Numbered from the stretch's first letter, positions 47,222-57,697 are shown. The stretch is DNA of 64,000 nucleotides from an uncultured bacterium (GCA_963725235.1 CAVRXN010000001.1:40041-104040); one strand, 5' to 3'. Made by a program: numbers and translations. The notes: generated from the sequence alone by a model not told the origin.

Positions 47222-47860
47222 TTACCCACTTGTCCCGGGGAACAAAACATTCAAGCCGTTGTTGGACGAGGTTGCGACTTCAAAGAAAATGTTCGACGCA
47301 CCGCCGGTGGTAAATAATAATGGAAAGGTGGTTGTGGCGAGCGTGAAGGCGGTTGTTTGGTCCGTGTACGTTTCGTTTGGCGCACCGTTACAGTTGCCGG
47401 AGTCGGGGAACGTGAACGACGCGGGGTTCGGCGGGTCGAGGTCGCCTTCCTCATCCGCGACGAGCCGGACGTTCAGCGGCACGCATTCGGGCGACTGGCC
47501 GGTCTGGACGGTCAGCGTAAATGTCATCTGGGTGCCTTCGAGCGAAACGGCGGTGATCGAAATTTTCGAGCCGCCTTCGGGCCAGCTGAGCGGGGGAGTT
47601 GCGAAGGAGGTGCCGAGGGTTTCGCCGGGGCCGGTATCGGTATCGGTTGAGCTCGCACCGTTGGCGCCGCCGACGAGTCCGATTGTGCCGCTTGCCGTCG
47701 ATGTCGGCAGAATGAGTTGGGTCGACGTCGCGATCGGCGTATCCGTACCAACGCCGCCGTTTACGGAGTATGTCCCATTCGCCGGCCCGAAGACCGCGAA
47801 ATAGGCGAACAGTCCAAGGACGACGGCCAGCGAGCCCAAGAAAATCAAAGTCGTTTTCAT
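47222..47860 (-). CDS. secreted hypothetical protein (212 aa)
   Basis: Signal/TM MKTTLIFLGSLAVVLGLFAYF. Thr/Gly-rich mature part. Confidence 0.65.
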   Translation of the reverse strand: MKTTLIFLGSLAVVLGLFAYFAVFGPANGTYSVNGGVGTDTPIATSTQLILPTSTASGTIGLVGGANGASSTDTDTGPGETLGTSFATPPLSWPEGGSKISITAVSLEGTQMTFTLTVQTGQSPECVPLNVRLVADEEGDLDPPNPASFTFPDSGNCNGAPNETYTDQTTAFTLATTTFPLLFTTGGASNIFFEVATSSNNGLNVLFPGTSG

Positions 47861-47878
47861 CAGATAATAATTATAGCA

Positions 47879-47958
47879 GAAAACAGGAGGAAGAGAGGCA
47901 AAACAGGGAGAAGCGATCAGAATCGACTCCCTGTTTTGCCTCTCTTCCTCCTGTTTTC
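47879..47958 (-). terminator. 32-bp perfect inverted repeat hairpin (16-nt loop) downstream of nrdB
   Basis: GAAAACAGGAGGAAGAGAGGCAAAACAGGGAG (47879-47910) and its exact reverse complement (47927-47958). On the minus strand it is followed by TTTTCTGCTATAAT. Confidence 0.7.
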
Positions 47959-47967
47959 ACACTATGA

Positions 47968-48982
47968 CTATTCTTCTGATGAAACCGACTTTTCCTTCTT
48001 CTTGTCGGTCGCGTGTCCGTCTACCTCATAATTCGTGTTCTGCGATTCGAAGAAGTTGACGAGTTCGAGGACGTCGGTTGCGCCGCTCATCCACTTCGCC
48101 GGATTTTTGACTTTATAATGCGCACCGATGCCGAGCTCTTCGAGCCGGCGGTCGGCGACATACTGGACATACTGGTTGACGTAGTCGGCGTTCAAGCCGA
48201 GGATGCCGTGCGGGAAAAGATCCTTGTTGTATGCAGTTTCGAGCTCGACGCCTTCGATGACAATATTTTTAATTTCATTCGCGAACTCGGTCGGTCAAGA
48301 TTTCCGGATTCTCTTCGAGAATGTTGAGGATGAGCTTCATACCGAATTTTAAATGAAGCGACTCGTCGCGCAAGACCCAGTTGATCATCGAGCCGAAGTT
48401 GCGGAGCTGGTTGCGCTGGCGGAACGAGAGGACGACCATGAAGCCGGAGTAGAACCAGATGCCTTCCATGACGACGTTCGTCGCGATCAGGTTGCGGATG
48501 AAATCTTTTTTGCCTTCGGCTGTTTCGACGTCGAGCGTGTCTTCCATCATCCGTTTCATGTAGCGGTTGATGTATGCTTCCTTCGCTTGCATCGAGGGCT
48601 TGTCGAGGTGAAGGTTGTATAGATTTTCGCGGTCGAGCGGGAAGGTTTCGAGGACGTACTCGAACGCGACGCAATGATTCGCTTCCTCCCACATCTGCTT
48701 CGCGAGATATAACGTACACTCGGGCGATTTCAAGTATGGATAAATGCCGAGCGCGATCGAACGATTGACGATCAGCTCCGCCGGATTGAAGAATGCCATC
48801 AAAAATTTCACGGCATGCCGCTCGTCCTCGGTCATTTTCTCCCAATCGTCGAGATCTTCTTTCAGCGCGATCTCATGCGGGAACCACGTATTGCGAACCG
48901 CCTGCTGATAGAGGTCATAAGCCCACTGATATTTAATTGGATGGAGATTAATGTCCTCCGGTGACGCTTTGCCGATAAGCAT
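47968..48982 (-). CDS. nrdB: class I ribonucleotide reductase beta subunit, one frame disruption near 48290
   Basis: MLIGKASPEDINLHPIKYQWAYDLY. Di-iron ExxH motifs WEEANHCVAF and LRDESLHLKF. C-terminal piece in ORF 47968..48195. Start chosen at 48982 (an upstream ATG at 49039 overlaps a TATAAT). Confidence 0.85.
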
Positions 48983-49296
48983 GGATTTTGTAGCGCCGCT
49001 CTCGCGGCCGCGGTTATTTTGGTTGCGACGTAAACACATTATAACTCAAAAAAGTTTTGCACAGCAATTGACAGGGGATGAAAATTTGCTTATTCCTGTA
49101 TCCAGGAGATTGAAATGAAACTTCTGTAAGGATTTATTTAATGCTTTGACGATGGTGGTTATTGATTTGACATGGATTTTTGGCTGCTGTACCATCTAGT
49201 TAAGGTGGTGCTTCTGCATGAAATGCGGGAGTTCTCTGCGTGTCATACAAATGGCTGCTTCGGCAGCCATTTGTATTATTCAGGGGGATAAAAAAG

Positions 49297-49313
49297 TTTA
49301 GAAAGATTTAATG
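49297..49313 (+). repeat. 17-nt motif TTTAGAAAGATTTAATG (copy 2)
   Basis: Exact match to 14845-14861. Confidence 0.6.
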
Positions 49314-49332
49314 GGGTATTTGCTATAAGTAG

Positions 49333-49360
49333 GAAAATCGCCGCAATTGCGGCGATTTTC
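49333..49360. terminator. palindromic hairpin GAAAATCGCCGC-AATT-GCGGCGATTTTC just after the nrdA stop
   Basis: Sequence read. The GC core has flanking A/T runs on both sides (bidirectional form). Confidence 0.6.
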
Positions 49361-49377
49361 TGTTCTAGCGGTGATTA

Positions 49378-52203
49378 TTATGCACAGCCGTCACAAATAG
49401 TATCTTCTGATGGATCGCTCGGAGGCATGATGGCTGGGCGTTTTTTGGCTGACTGAGCGGCTTGGGTTTGGGTCGGCTGGCTTGGCTGTATCGGCTGTAC
49501 GAATGATGCTGAGGCGAGTTCTATTTTTGGTTGTTCCATTTTCGGCTGATTAGCGGTTACAGGGGTTGTCGCCGTAGTCACGCTGCCTGTCGCGATCGCC
49601 GGGTTCATCCCGGTGACCTGCGAGAAGCCGACCGGCTTGCCGCCTGCGGGCTTCTGTTGGGCCGCTTGGGCAATTTGCGCCGGAGTCGCTTGTACCGATG
49701 TAGCCGCGGTTGCACTAACCTCTGCGGGCGCCTCAGCCGGCGCGTCCGCAGTTTTCGATTCCGAGATCATCGTCGCAACCGTAACCTGTTCCTCGACGAC
49801 AACGGTTTCAACAACTGACGACATCACCGACGCAAATCCTTTCTTGCCCATCGCCTGGCCTTTGTTGACGTTGACGGTCGACTGTTCGGCGGTATGCCGC
49901 GGCTTCATGTGGAGGTAGTACGTCGTCTTCACGCCTTTCCGCCACGCGGTCGAATAAATTTCCATCGTTTCGCCGATATCGCGCGTTTCGAGATACATGT
50001 TGCGCGAGAGCGCTTGGTCGATCCATTTCTGCGCGCGCGCGGCGACTTCGATGAACGCGCCGGGCGACGTGCTGAATGAGGTCTTATAAATATCTTTGAT
50101 GTGCTGGGGGATTGCTGAAATATTTGTTAGGTCGCCCTGTTCGGCGATGATATCTTCGCGAACTTTCTCCCAGAAGCCCATATTTTTCAAATCATTCACC
50201 AGGTTGTGGTTAAGGTCGAGATATTTTCCGGAAATTTTATTCCGCGAGAAGACCTGCGCGAAGCGGGGATCGATGCCCGGCGTTGTGCCGGCAACGAGGC
50301 CGATGTTCGCGTTCGGTGCGACGGCCATCAACGTTGCGTTGCGCATGCCCTTCTTCGACTTTCGCGCGCAGTGCATCCCAATTCAATCCGCGATAGCGCT
50401 GAACCTTTCGAAACCGTGAGCGGCACGCCGCGATCGGCTTCGAGGACTTCGATCGTATCCATCGGCACCATGCCTTTCGACCATCCCGAGCCCTGGAAGT
50501 TTTTGTATGAACCGCGCTCGGCGGCGAGGTTGGCGCTTTCATCGATCGCAACGTAGCTTACGAATTCGAACACTTTGTCGGCGAAATCCCACGCATGTTC
50601 CGTGTCGTATCCCATGCCGAGCTGTTCGAGCATGTCGCAGAATCCCATGACGCCCATGCCGATCGCGCGGTTCTCCTGGTCGGAGCGCGTCGCTTCTTCG
50701 ATGCCCATCTTATTGATGTCGATCAGGTTGTCGAGCTGGCGGACGGCATAGCGGATGCTCTCTTCGAGTTTTTCCCAGTCGATTTGTTTGTGGTTGACGT
50801 GGACGGCGAGGTTCAGAGAGGCGAGGTTGCAGACGGCGATGTTGTCTTTATCCTGCGGGAGGCAGATTTCGGTGCAAAGGTTCGACATATGGATCGTGCC
50901 GGTATTGTTGTTCAGTGCGCGCAGATTGATCGCGTCTTTCCATGTGAGCCAGGGATGCGATGTGCCCTGCAGCTGGACCAAAATCTGGCGATATTGCTCT
51001 TCGGCTGGCACTTTCTTGAAAACGCGCAGTTTGCCGGCTTCGGCCATCTCTATATATTCCGCATAGCGCTTGCTGAACGCGGCGCCGTAGAGCTCGACGA
51101 GGTCCGGCGTTTCTTTCGGGTCGAACATGTACCACATTTCATGGTTTTCGACGCGCCGCATGAACTCATCGGAGATAAACGCCGCCGTGTCGGCCGTGCG
51201 CATGCGCATGTAGTCGTCGCCGGCATTGTTCTTCCAGTCGAGGAATTCCGGGAAAATCGATGTGCCAGTTCTCCATATAGAAACAGAGCGCGCCTTTTTT
51301 CTTGCCGCCGCGCTGGACGGCGCGGATCGCGGTATCAATGATTTTTGCGAATGGCGTTGGGCCCGTCGATGCGCCGTTGTTCGATCCGAGCGGGGAACCG
51401 GTCGCGCGAAGTTTCGTTACGGACAGTCCGATGCCGCCGGAATATTTTGAAAGCATGATGACGTCATGGACGGATTTCGCGATATGTTCCATGTCATCTT
51501 CCATCTGCATGAGGTAGCAATTCGAAAGTGTTGGGCGCGTCGTGCCGGCGCCGAGGTTCGTCGAACCGGCGGCGAGATATTCAAGCTTCGACATCTTGCT
51601 GTAAAACTTTTTTGCCCAGAGCGTCGGATTTTTTTCATTGAACGAAAGTCCCATCGCAACGCGCATGAAAAAATATTGCGGCGTCTCGTTCGGTTTGCCA
51701 TCTTTTTTATCTTTCAACGAATAGCGATCGAGGAACGATGAAAGTCCGGCGTAGATGAAAATTCATCGCGGCCGAGGTCGAGAGCGGCCGCGAGTTCCTT
51801 CAGATTAAATTTTTCGAGCATCCGCGGATCGAGAATGTTCGCCTCGACGCCGCTTTTTATCCATTCCGGGAAAAATTCGCGATGTTTGCGCGCGAGGAGC
51901 GCCGGATTGTTCTCGTAATCTTCGAGGACGCGGCGATAAACCGTTTTTAGTAAGCAATCGCATCGCGACTTTATCGTATTCGATGTCTTCTTTTATATTT
52001 TGGACCGCCGCATTGATCGTCGCCTGATCCATTTCCTCCGTCGTGATGCCATCATAGAGCGTTAGGCGCGTTTCGGTTGCGATCTGCGTCACCATGCCGA
52101 TCGGATCTTCCATCCCGATGCACGCGCGTTCGATCGACCGGTTGATCATGTCGGCATTGAATGGTTCGCGCGTGCCGTCGCGCTTGGTGATGGTGAGCTC
52201 CAT
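49378..52203 (-). CDS. nrdA: class I ribonucleotide reductase alpha subunit, about 4 frame disruptions, long low-complexity C-terminal linker
   Basis: ATP-cone MELTITKRDGTREPFNADMI (start 52203), SNLCTEICLP, TTYYLHMKP, terminal ICDGCA cysteine pair. The pieces are ORFs 51805.., 51166.., 50328.. and 49378.., plus an unlisted stretch 51720-51960. Confidence 0.85.
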
Positions 52204-52303
52204 ACTCGTTTTTGGATTGATTAAAAGTTTGTTAACTCGACGTAAGAACATTTTACCACTAAACTGGTTATCCACAGCAAGTTCACGTATACTACTAGTA
52301 CCT

Positions 52304-53800
52304 ATGTCTGACAAAAATTCCAAAATCCCGACCATTTTCGTCGTTTTGGGGGTTACCGGCGACCTGACGGCCAAGAAAATCGCCCCGGCGCTTTTCAATT
52401 TATTTGAGAAAAAAATGCTGCCCCCGAAATTCGAGTTCGTCGGTGTTTCGCGCCGGGATTGGGGCGACGCGGAACTGCGCGAACATATCCGGGCGATCCT
52501 GCATGTCAAAGCGCCGCATGCGAGCGAGGCGTCGATTGGAAAATTTCTGAAGCTCGTTACGTATGGCAAGGTTCGGTTCGATACGCCGGGCGATTATGAA
52601 GTGTTGAATGATAAGTTGCGCGCAATCGATGATCGCTGGGGTATGTGTTCGAACAAATTATTTTACTTGTCGGTGCCGCCAGAATTTTATGATGGCATTT
52701 TTGAAAACCTGCATGCGAGCGGGCTGACTGCTCCGTGTTCGCCGGAAGAAGGATGGACGCGCGTCGTTGTTGAAAAACCATTCGGGAGCGATGAGAAGAC
52801 GGCGAAAGAGCTCGACGAGCATCTCGCGCGGCTGTTCCGCGAGGAGCAGATCTATCGTATCGACCATTATTTGGCGAAAGAGATGTTGCAGAACATTCTT
52901 GCATTCCGGTTTGGGAATAATTTGTTTGAACGCGAGTGGGGTGCCGAGACCATCGAGGCGATTAATATAAAATTGCATGAGAGCATCGGCGCGGAAGATC
53001 GCGGAAGTTTTTATGAGAACGTTGGCGCGCTTCGCGATGTTGGACAAAATCATTTGTTGCAAATGCTCGCGCTCGTCACGATGGAGCGGCCGAACGGATA
53101 TACGGTTACGGATGGCGGCAGTGCCGCCGGTAATTCGCGGGCGATCCGCGAAGCGCGCGCAAAATTATTGGAGCAATTGGTCATTCCATCTGTTCGCGAT
53201 GCTGCCGCGAATTCTTTTCGTGCACAATATGAAGGTTATAGAAAAATTAAAGGTGTTGCATCGCGGTCGGATGTTGAAACCTATTTTCGCGTGAAAGGAT
53301 TTTTGTCGGGTGAGCGATGGGAAGGTGTGCCGATCGCGATGGAATCCGGTAAGCGATTGGGGAAGCCGTTGAAAGAAATTGAGGTTGTCTTTAAAGGTGG
53401 AACAAACCGCATCATTATCCATCTTGAACCGAAAGAGGGTATCACGATAACTTTTATTTCGAAAAAACCGGGGCATTCGCTCGCCGTCGAAGAGCGGTCA
53501 TTGTCGTTTGATTTTCGGGAGGGTGCTCCCAGCGGCAGCGTTCAATATGTCGCAGAATATGAAAAATTAATTTTGGACTGCATCGCCGGCGACCAGACGT
53601 TATTCATTTCGAGTGAGGAAATACGGGCGATGTGGCGCTTTACGGATCCTTTTATAGAGGCGTGGGGCAAAAACCTCGTACCGTTGCGTCGGTATGCCCC
53701 GGACTCTGCTGCTATCGCGGCGGAAGCAGCGGTTTTAATGGATCAACAACGGCGGCAGGCGGCGGCTCGACGGTTGGGCGGTGCGCCCTCTATTAATAGA
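52304..53800 (+). CDS. zwf: glucose-6-phosphate dehydrogenase (reads through into gnd)
   Basis: MSDKNSKIPTIFVVLGVTGDLTAKK, VVEKPFG, IYRIDHYLAKE signature. Confidence 0.9.
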
Positions 53801-54797
53801 GTGATCGGATTGTATGGCCTGGGGAAAATGGGCGCCGGGCTCGCGCGGAACATGCATGACCATGGCTGGCACGTTGTCGTTGCAAATCGATCATTGGAGT
53901 CGGTCGCGACACTCGAAGCAGAAGGATTCGATGGGGCTCGAACGACGGAGGAGTTATTGGAAAAAATTTCGTTATCGCCTTCAACGGGCACATCACGCGC
54001 GCCGCGCGTTGTGTGGTTGATGATAACCGCCGGCAAACCGGTTGATGAATTTTTGTTTGGGAAGTCGGGCGCGCGCGGCAACGGCGGCTTGGCTGCTCAG
54101 TTACGCCGCGGCGATATCGTTATCGATGGCGGCAACTCATTCTTCGAAGATTCATCGCGCCGCGCAAAATTGCTCGCTCGCCGCGGTATAAAGTTTTTGG
54201 ACGTTGGCGTTTCGGGCGGACCGGCCGGCGCGCGCAACGGTGCATGTATGATGATCGGCGGCGACCGGGTTTCGTTCGCAGCGCTCGAAGAACTTTTTGC
54301 GGTGACCTGTGTTTCTGGCGGCTACGGATATTTCGGTTTGGCTGGCGCGGGGCATTTCGTGAAAATGGTACATAACGGCATCGAGTACGGCATGATGCAA
54401 TCGATCGCGGAAGGTTTTGCGCTGATGAAACGCGCGCCGTTCAAGCTCGACCTCGCGCGCGTCGCGCATCTTTATAACCATGGTAGTGTCATCGAGTCGC
54501 GGTTGGTGGGATGGATGGAAAACGCGTATAAAAATTTTGGGCAGGATTTGAAAAATGTTTCGTCGTCTGTCGCATATACCGGAGAAGGCGAATGGACCGT
54601 GCAGCACCGGGAAAAAGTGGAAAATGAAATTGCCGGCGATCGAGGATTCGTTTAAGTTTCGGGTCGCGTCTGGCGCGTTGTCAAAAAAAGCGAAGCGGTC
54701 GCCCGGCGATGTCTACATGGGGAAAATTTTATCGGCACTCCGAAATCAATTCGGGGGACACTCGATCGAAAGCAAAAAGCGTATAATAAAGATATGA
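53801..54797 (+). CDS. gnd: 6-phosphogluconate dehydrogenase (short decarboxylating-like form), in frame with zwf, one frame disruption near 54600
   Basis: (V/M)IGLYGLGKMGAGLARNM, GAGHFVKMVHNGIEYGMMQ. The C-terminal LPAIEDSFKFRVAS...ILSALRNQFGGH continues in ORF 54555..54797. Confidence 0.8.
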
Positions 54798-55795
54798 TCC
54801 TCGACGACATTAAAAACTACGCCAAGCAGTTCGAATATGAGCCAATTATAGAGAATGCGGCGAAATTGCCTGGCGCTGGCGCTGCCAGCGCCAAAAAGCC
54901 GAAGAAATTCATCGTCTGCGGGATGGGTGGATCGCACCTCGCGGCTGATTTGATGAAGGCGTGGCACCCGGAACTCGACATTCTTGTTTGGTCGAATTAT
55001 GGATTGCCGCCGATTGCGGAGGCGGAGCTTAAAGAAAGATTAATTATTTTGTCGTCGTACTCGGGCGGAACGGAGGAGACGGTTGATGCGTTCACGGCGG
55101 CACGTGCGAAAAAACTGAACATTGCGGTTGTCGCGGTCCATGGCAAGCTGATTTCGCTTGCGGAGAAAAATAAAGTGCCGTACGTGCAGATGCCGGACTT
55201 TCATCAGCAGCCACGCATGGCGACCGGCTTAAGCTTGATGGCGATGCTGGCGCTGATGGGCGAGAAGTCGTGGATGGCCGAAGCGCGTGCACTTGCGATC
55301 CAGCTGCATCCGTCGCGCGAGGAATTGCGCGGGAAGGATCTCGCGAAGCGGTTGCATGACACGGTGCCGATTGTCTATGCGTCGGCGCGGAATGCGGCCA
55401 TCGCGTATAACTGGAAAATTAAATTTAATGAAACGGGCAAAATCCCGGCGTTTCAGAACGTTGTGCCAGAATTAAATCATAATGAAATGACCGGTTTCGA
55501 TACGAAGACGAAAACGATTACACTCTCGAAACATTTTCATTTTGTGTTCTTGAAGGATGGTGCGGACAATCCGCGGATCATTAAACGGATGAGTGTTATG
55601 GAAAAATTATTTAAGGATCGCGGTTTTAAAGTCGAGGTTATTTTCCTGCAGGGCAAAACCGAGATACATAAAATTTTTAACGCGCTGATTCTCGCCGACT
55701 GGACGGCGTATCATACGGCGAAGTTGTATGGCGTCGATCCGGAGCAGGTGCCGATGGTTGAAGAATTTAAGAAGTTGATCGGGCGGGAGCGATAA
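54794..55795 (+). CDS. pgi: bifunctional phosphoglucose/phosphomannose isomerase-family SIS protein
   Basis: CGMGGSHLAADL, SYSGGTEET, and NHNEM motif near the C-terminal half. Confidence 0.8.
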   Translation: MILDDIKNYAKQFEYEPIIENAAKLPGAGAASAKKPKKFIVCGMGGSHLAADLMKAWHPELDILVWSNYGLPPIAEAELKERLIILSSYSGGTEETVDAFTAARAKKLNIAVVAVHGKLISLAEKNKVPYVQMPDFHQQPRMATGLSLMAMLALMGEKSWMAEARALAIQLHPSREELRGKDLAKRLHDTVPIVYASARNAAIAYNWKIKFNETGKIPAFQNVVPELNHNEMTGFDTKTKTITLSKHFHFVFLKDGADNPRIIKRMSVMEKLFKDRGFKVEVIFLQGKTEIHKIFNALILADWTAYHTAKLYGVDPEQVPMVEEFKKLIGRER

Positions 55796-57080
55796 TTTTC
55801 TCCGCAACTTCTTTTCCACTCGCGAGCGCACCTTCGACGGTCGCCGTATCCTTCCCGGAGTAGAGCGCCTCGCCGGCGAAAAATATCACATCTTCGATCG
55901 ATTCCAATAATTTTACGCGAGCTTCTTCAGCGCCGACGCTTGCATAGCTATACGCACCTCGCGCAAGCGGATCTGTCGCCCAATTCGCAACTGTCGAAGC
56001 GATGCATTCCGCCGCGATGGCTTGCTTTTGTAATTTAAAAACATTCGCGAGCGATCCGAATGCGATATCGAGAATTTCTTCTTTTGTTTTATCCGCCAGT
56101 TTATCGGCCGCCGGACCGGCGATCCAGCCGGTCAGCACGGGAAACGATTCGGGATATTGCGTCCACCAGAGCGGCACTGCTTCGTTTGAGAAGAGAAAAG
56201 TTAACTTGCTCAAATCATTTTCACCGCCATGCAGCCACCACGTTTCGTTAAAACGCAGCACTACTTTTATCACACTGCCGAAACCAATTTTCGAAGCGGC
56301 CGCAATTTTTTCCGGAAGTGCGGGCGTGAAGTGCAAGCTGCTGATGAGCGGGAGGGGGAGTGTGATGAGCACTTTCGATGCTTTGTACGATTCGCCGCTC
56401 GCGCATGAGATTTTTACGCCACCATCGGCCATCTCAACTTCTTCTACTTTTTGCCCAAGCAGTATCTTAACGCCGCGCTTCGTGCAGTCAGCGCCCAAAA
56501 AATCAACGAGCGCACCATAACCCTCCTTTATTTTTCCTTGTTGCCAATCGCTGCCGCCAAGCCATTCTTCACGGAGTGCAAATGTACTGATCCGCCGCGA
56601 ATCTGCCGCATCATACCCTTCGGCGGTTTTGATGATACGCTCGCGCAGTGCATCGTATTGTTCGCCGGGAAAATATTTTTCGAGGAAGGTTGCGATGGGC
56701 ATGTCCTCTTTAAGATTTTTTAATTTTTCATTCAGAACTTCGCGATCAGATGCGCTTTGGTCATCCGATATCGCATCATACCCTCCCGGTACGATTTTGC
56801 CATTTTCCACCTTCCATATTTCACCATTCGTTACCTGTGAGTAGGTCAAGCTGGCTTCGGTTGCTAATGCTTTCGTTATCGGGGCGGCGCCATGAACGAA
56901 TTCTGCGCCGCCTTGTGCGGGGTAGCCAAACGTCTCCGTCGAGAGCGGCATGATTCTGCCGCCGAGGCGATCGCGCGCTTCGAGGATCGTTACTTTTTTG
57001 CCTGCGCGCGCGAGTTCACGGGTTGCCATGAGGCCAGATGCACCCGCGCCGATAATGATAATGTCTATTTCAGATTTCAT
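55767..57080 (-). CDS. FAD-dependent amine oxidase family protein
   Basis: IIIIGAGASGLMATRELARAGKKVTILEARDRLGGR dinucleotide-binding motif. 437 aa. Confidence 0.85.
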   Translation of the reverse strand: MKSEIDIIIIGAGASGLMATRELARAGKKVTILEARDRLGGRIMPLSTETFGYPAQGGAEFVHGAAPITKALATEASLTYSQVTNGEIWKVENGKIVPGGYDAISDDQSASDREVLNEKLKNLKEDMPIATFLEKYFPGEQYDALRERIIKTAEGYDAADSRRISTFALREEWLGGSDWQQGKIKEGYGALVDFLGADCTKRGVKILLGQKVEEVEMADGGVKISCASGESYKASKVLITLPLPLISSLHFTPALPEKIAAASKIGFGSVIKVVLRFNETWWLHGGENDLSKLTFLFSNEAVPLWWTQYPESFPVLTGWIAGPAADKLADKTKEEILDIAFGSLANVFKLQKQAIAAECIASTVANWATDPLARGAYSYASVGAEEARVKLLESIEDVIFFAGEALYSGKDTATVEGALASGKEVAEKIIAPARSTS

Positions 57081-57415
57081 TAAAATAACTTTTTCTGTCC
57101 CGGCACCGTGCCGAATCGATATTTGTCGATATCGATCATGAAATTTTCATTAACTGCGACGCCTTCCGCGCCGAGCAAATCTTTTTGGCGCTGTCGTGCC
57201 GCTTCCTCTTTAATTGTGATCTTGCCTTCGTTGTTTAGCACGCGCCACCACGGCACGCCCTCCTCGCCACCGCCGTTGTGCATCGCCCAGCCGATCTGCC
57301 GCGCATCCTGCAAACCGAGTTTCGTCGCGATTTGCCCGTAGCTCATCACGCGTCCGCGCGGGATGGTTTTTACGAGAGCGATGATTTGGTTTTGGAGGGT
57401 TTCTGAGATGTCCAT
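57080..57415 (-). CDS. alkyltransferase-like (ATL) DNA-binding protein
   Basis: IPRGRVMSYGQIA...VPWWRV: MGMT fold with Trp in place of the acceptor Cys. Confidence 0.75.
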   Translation of the reverse strand: MDISETLQNQIIALVKTIPRGRVMSYGQIATKLGLQDARQIGWAMHNGGGEEGVPWWRVLNNEGKITIKEEAARQRQKDLLGAEGVAVNENFMIDIDKYRFGTVPGQKKLF

Positions 57416-57697
57416 AGATTTTCATTATAACAAAAAAAGCGGCGGCCCCAGTCTTACTGGTCAGCGCCGCGACCTGATTTAGCAAATAGGCTTTGACATC
57501 TCGATCTGTCTGATCGCGCATTCCGTGCAGCCGATCTTTTCAGGCAAATTTCCCGATGCCGCGACAAGAGTGTTCCAAATGTTAAATCGAGCATAGCCTG
57601 CCTTTCTAGGCTCTTTATATATGATTTGTGATAAAAAATCAAGTTCGATGGTATAATAGTTGGGTCGCAACCAAACATTAACTAATTATTAAAAACT

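Noticed and set aside
49040-52303. NrdR boxes upstream of nrdB or nrdA.
   Set aside because: There are only weak partial dyads (for example ACCATCTAGTTAAGGTGGT). No pair of 16-bp palindromes at the expected spacing was found, and no nrdR gene lies in the window.
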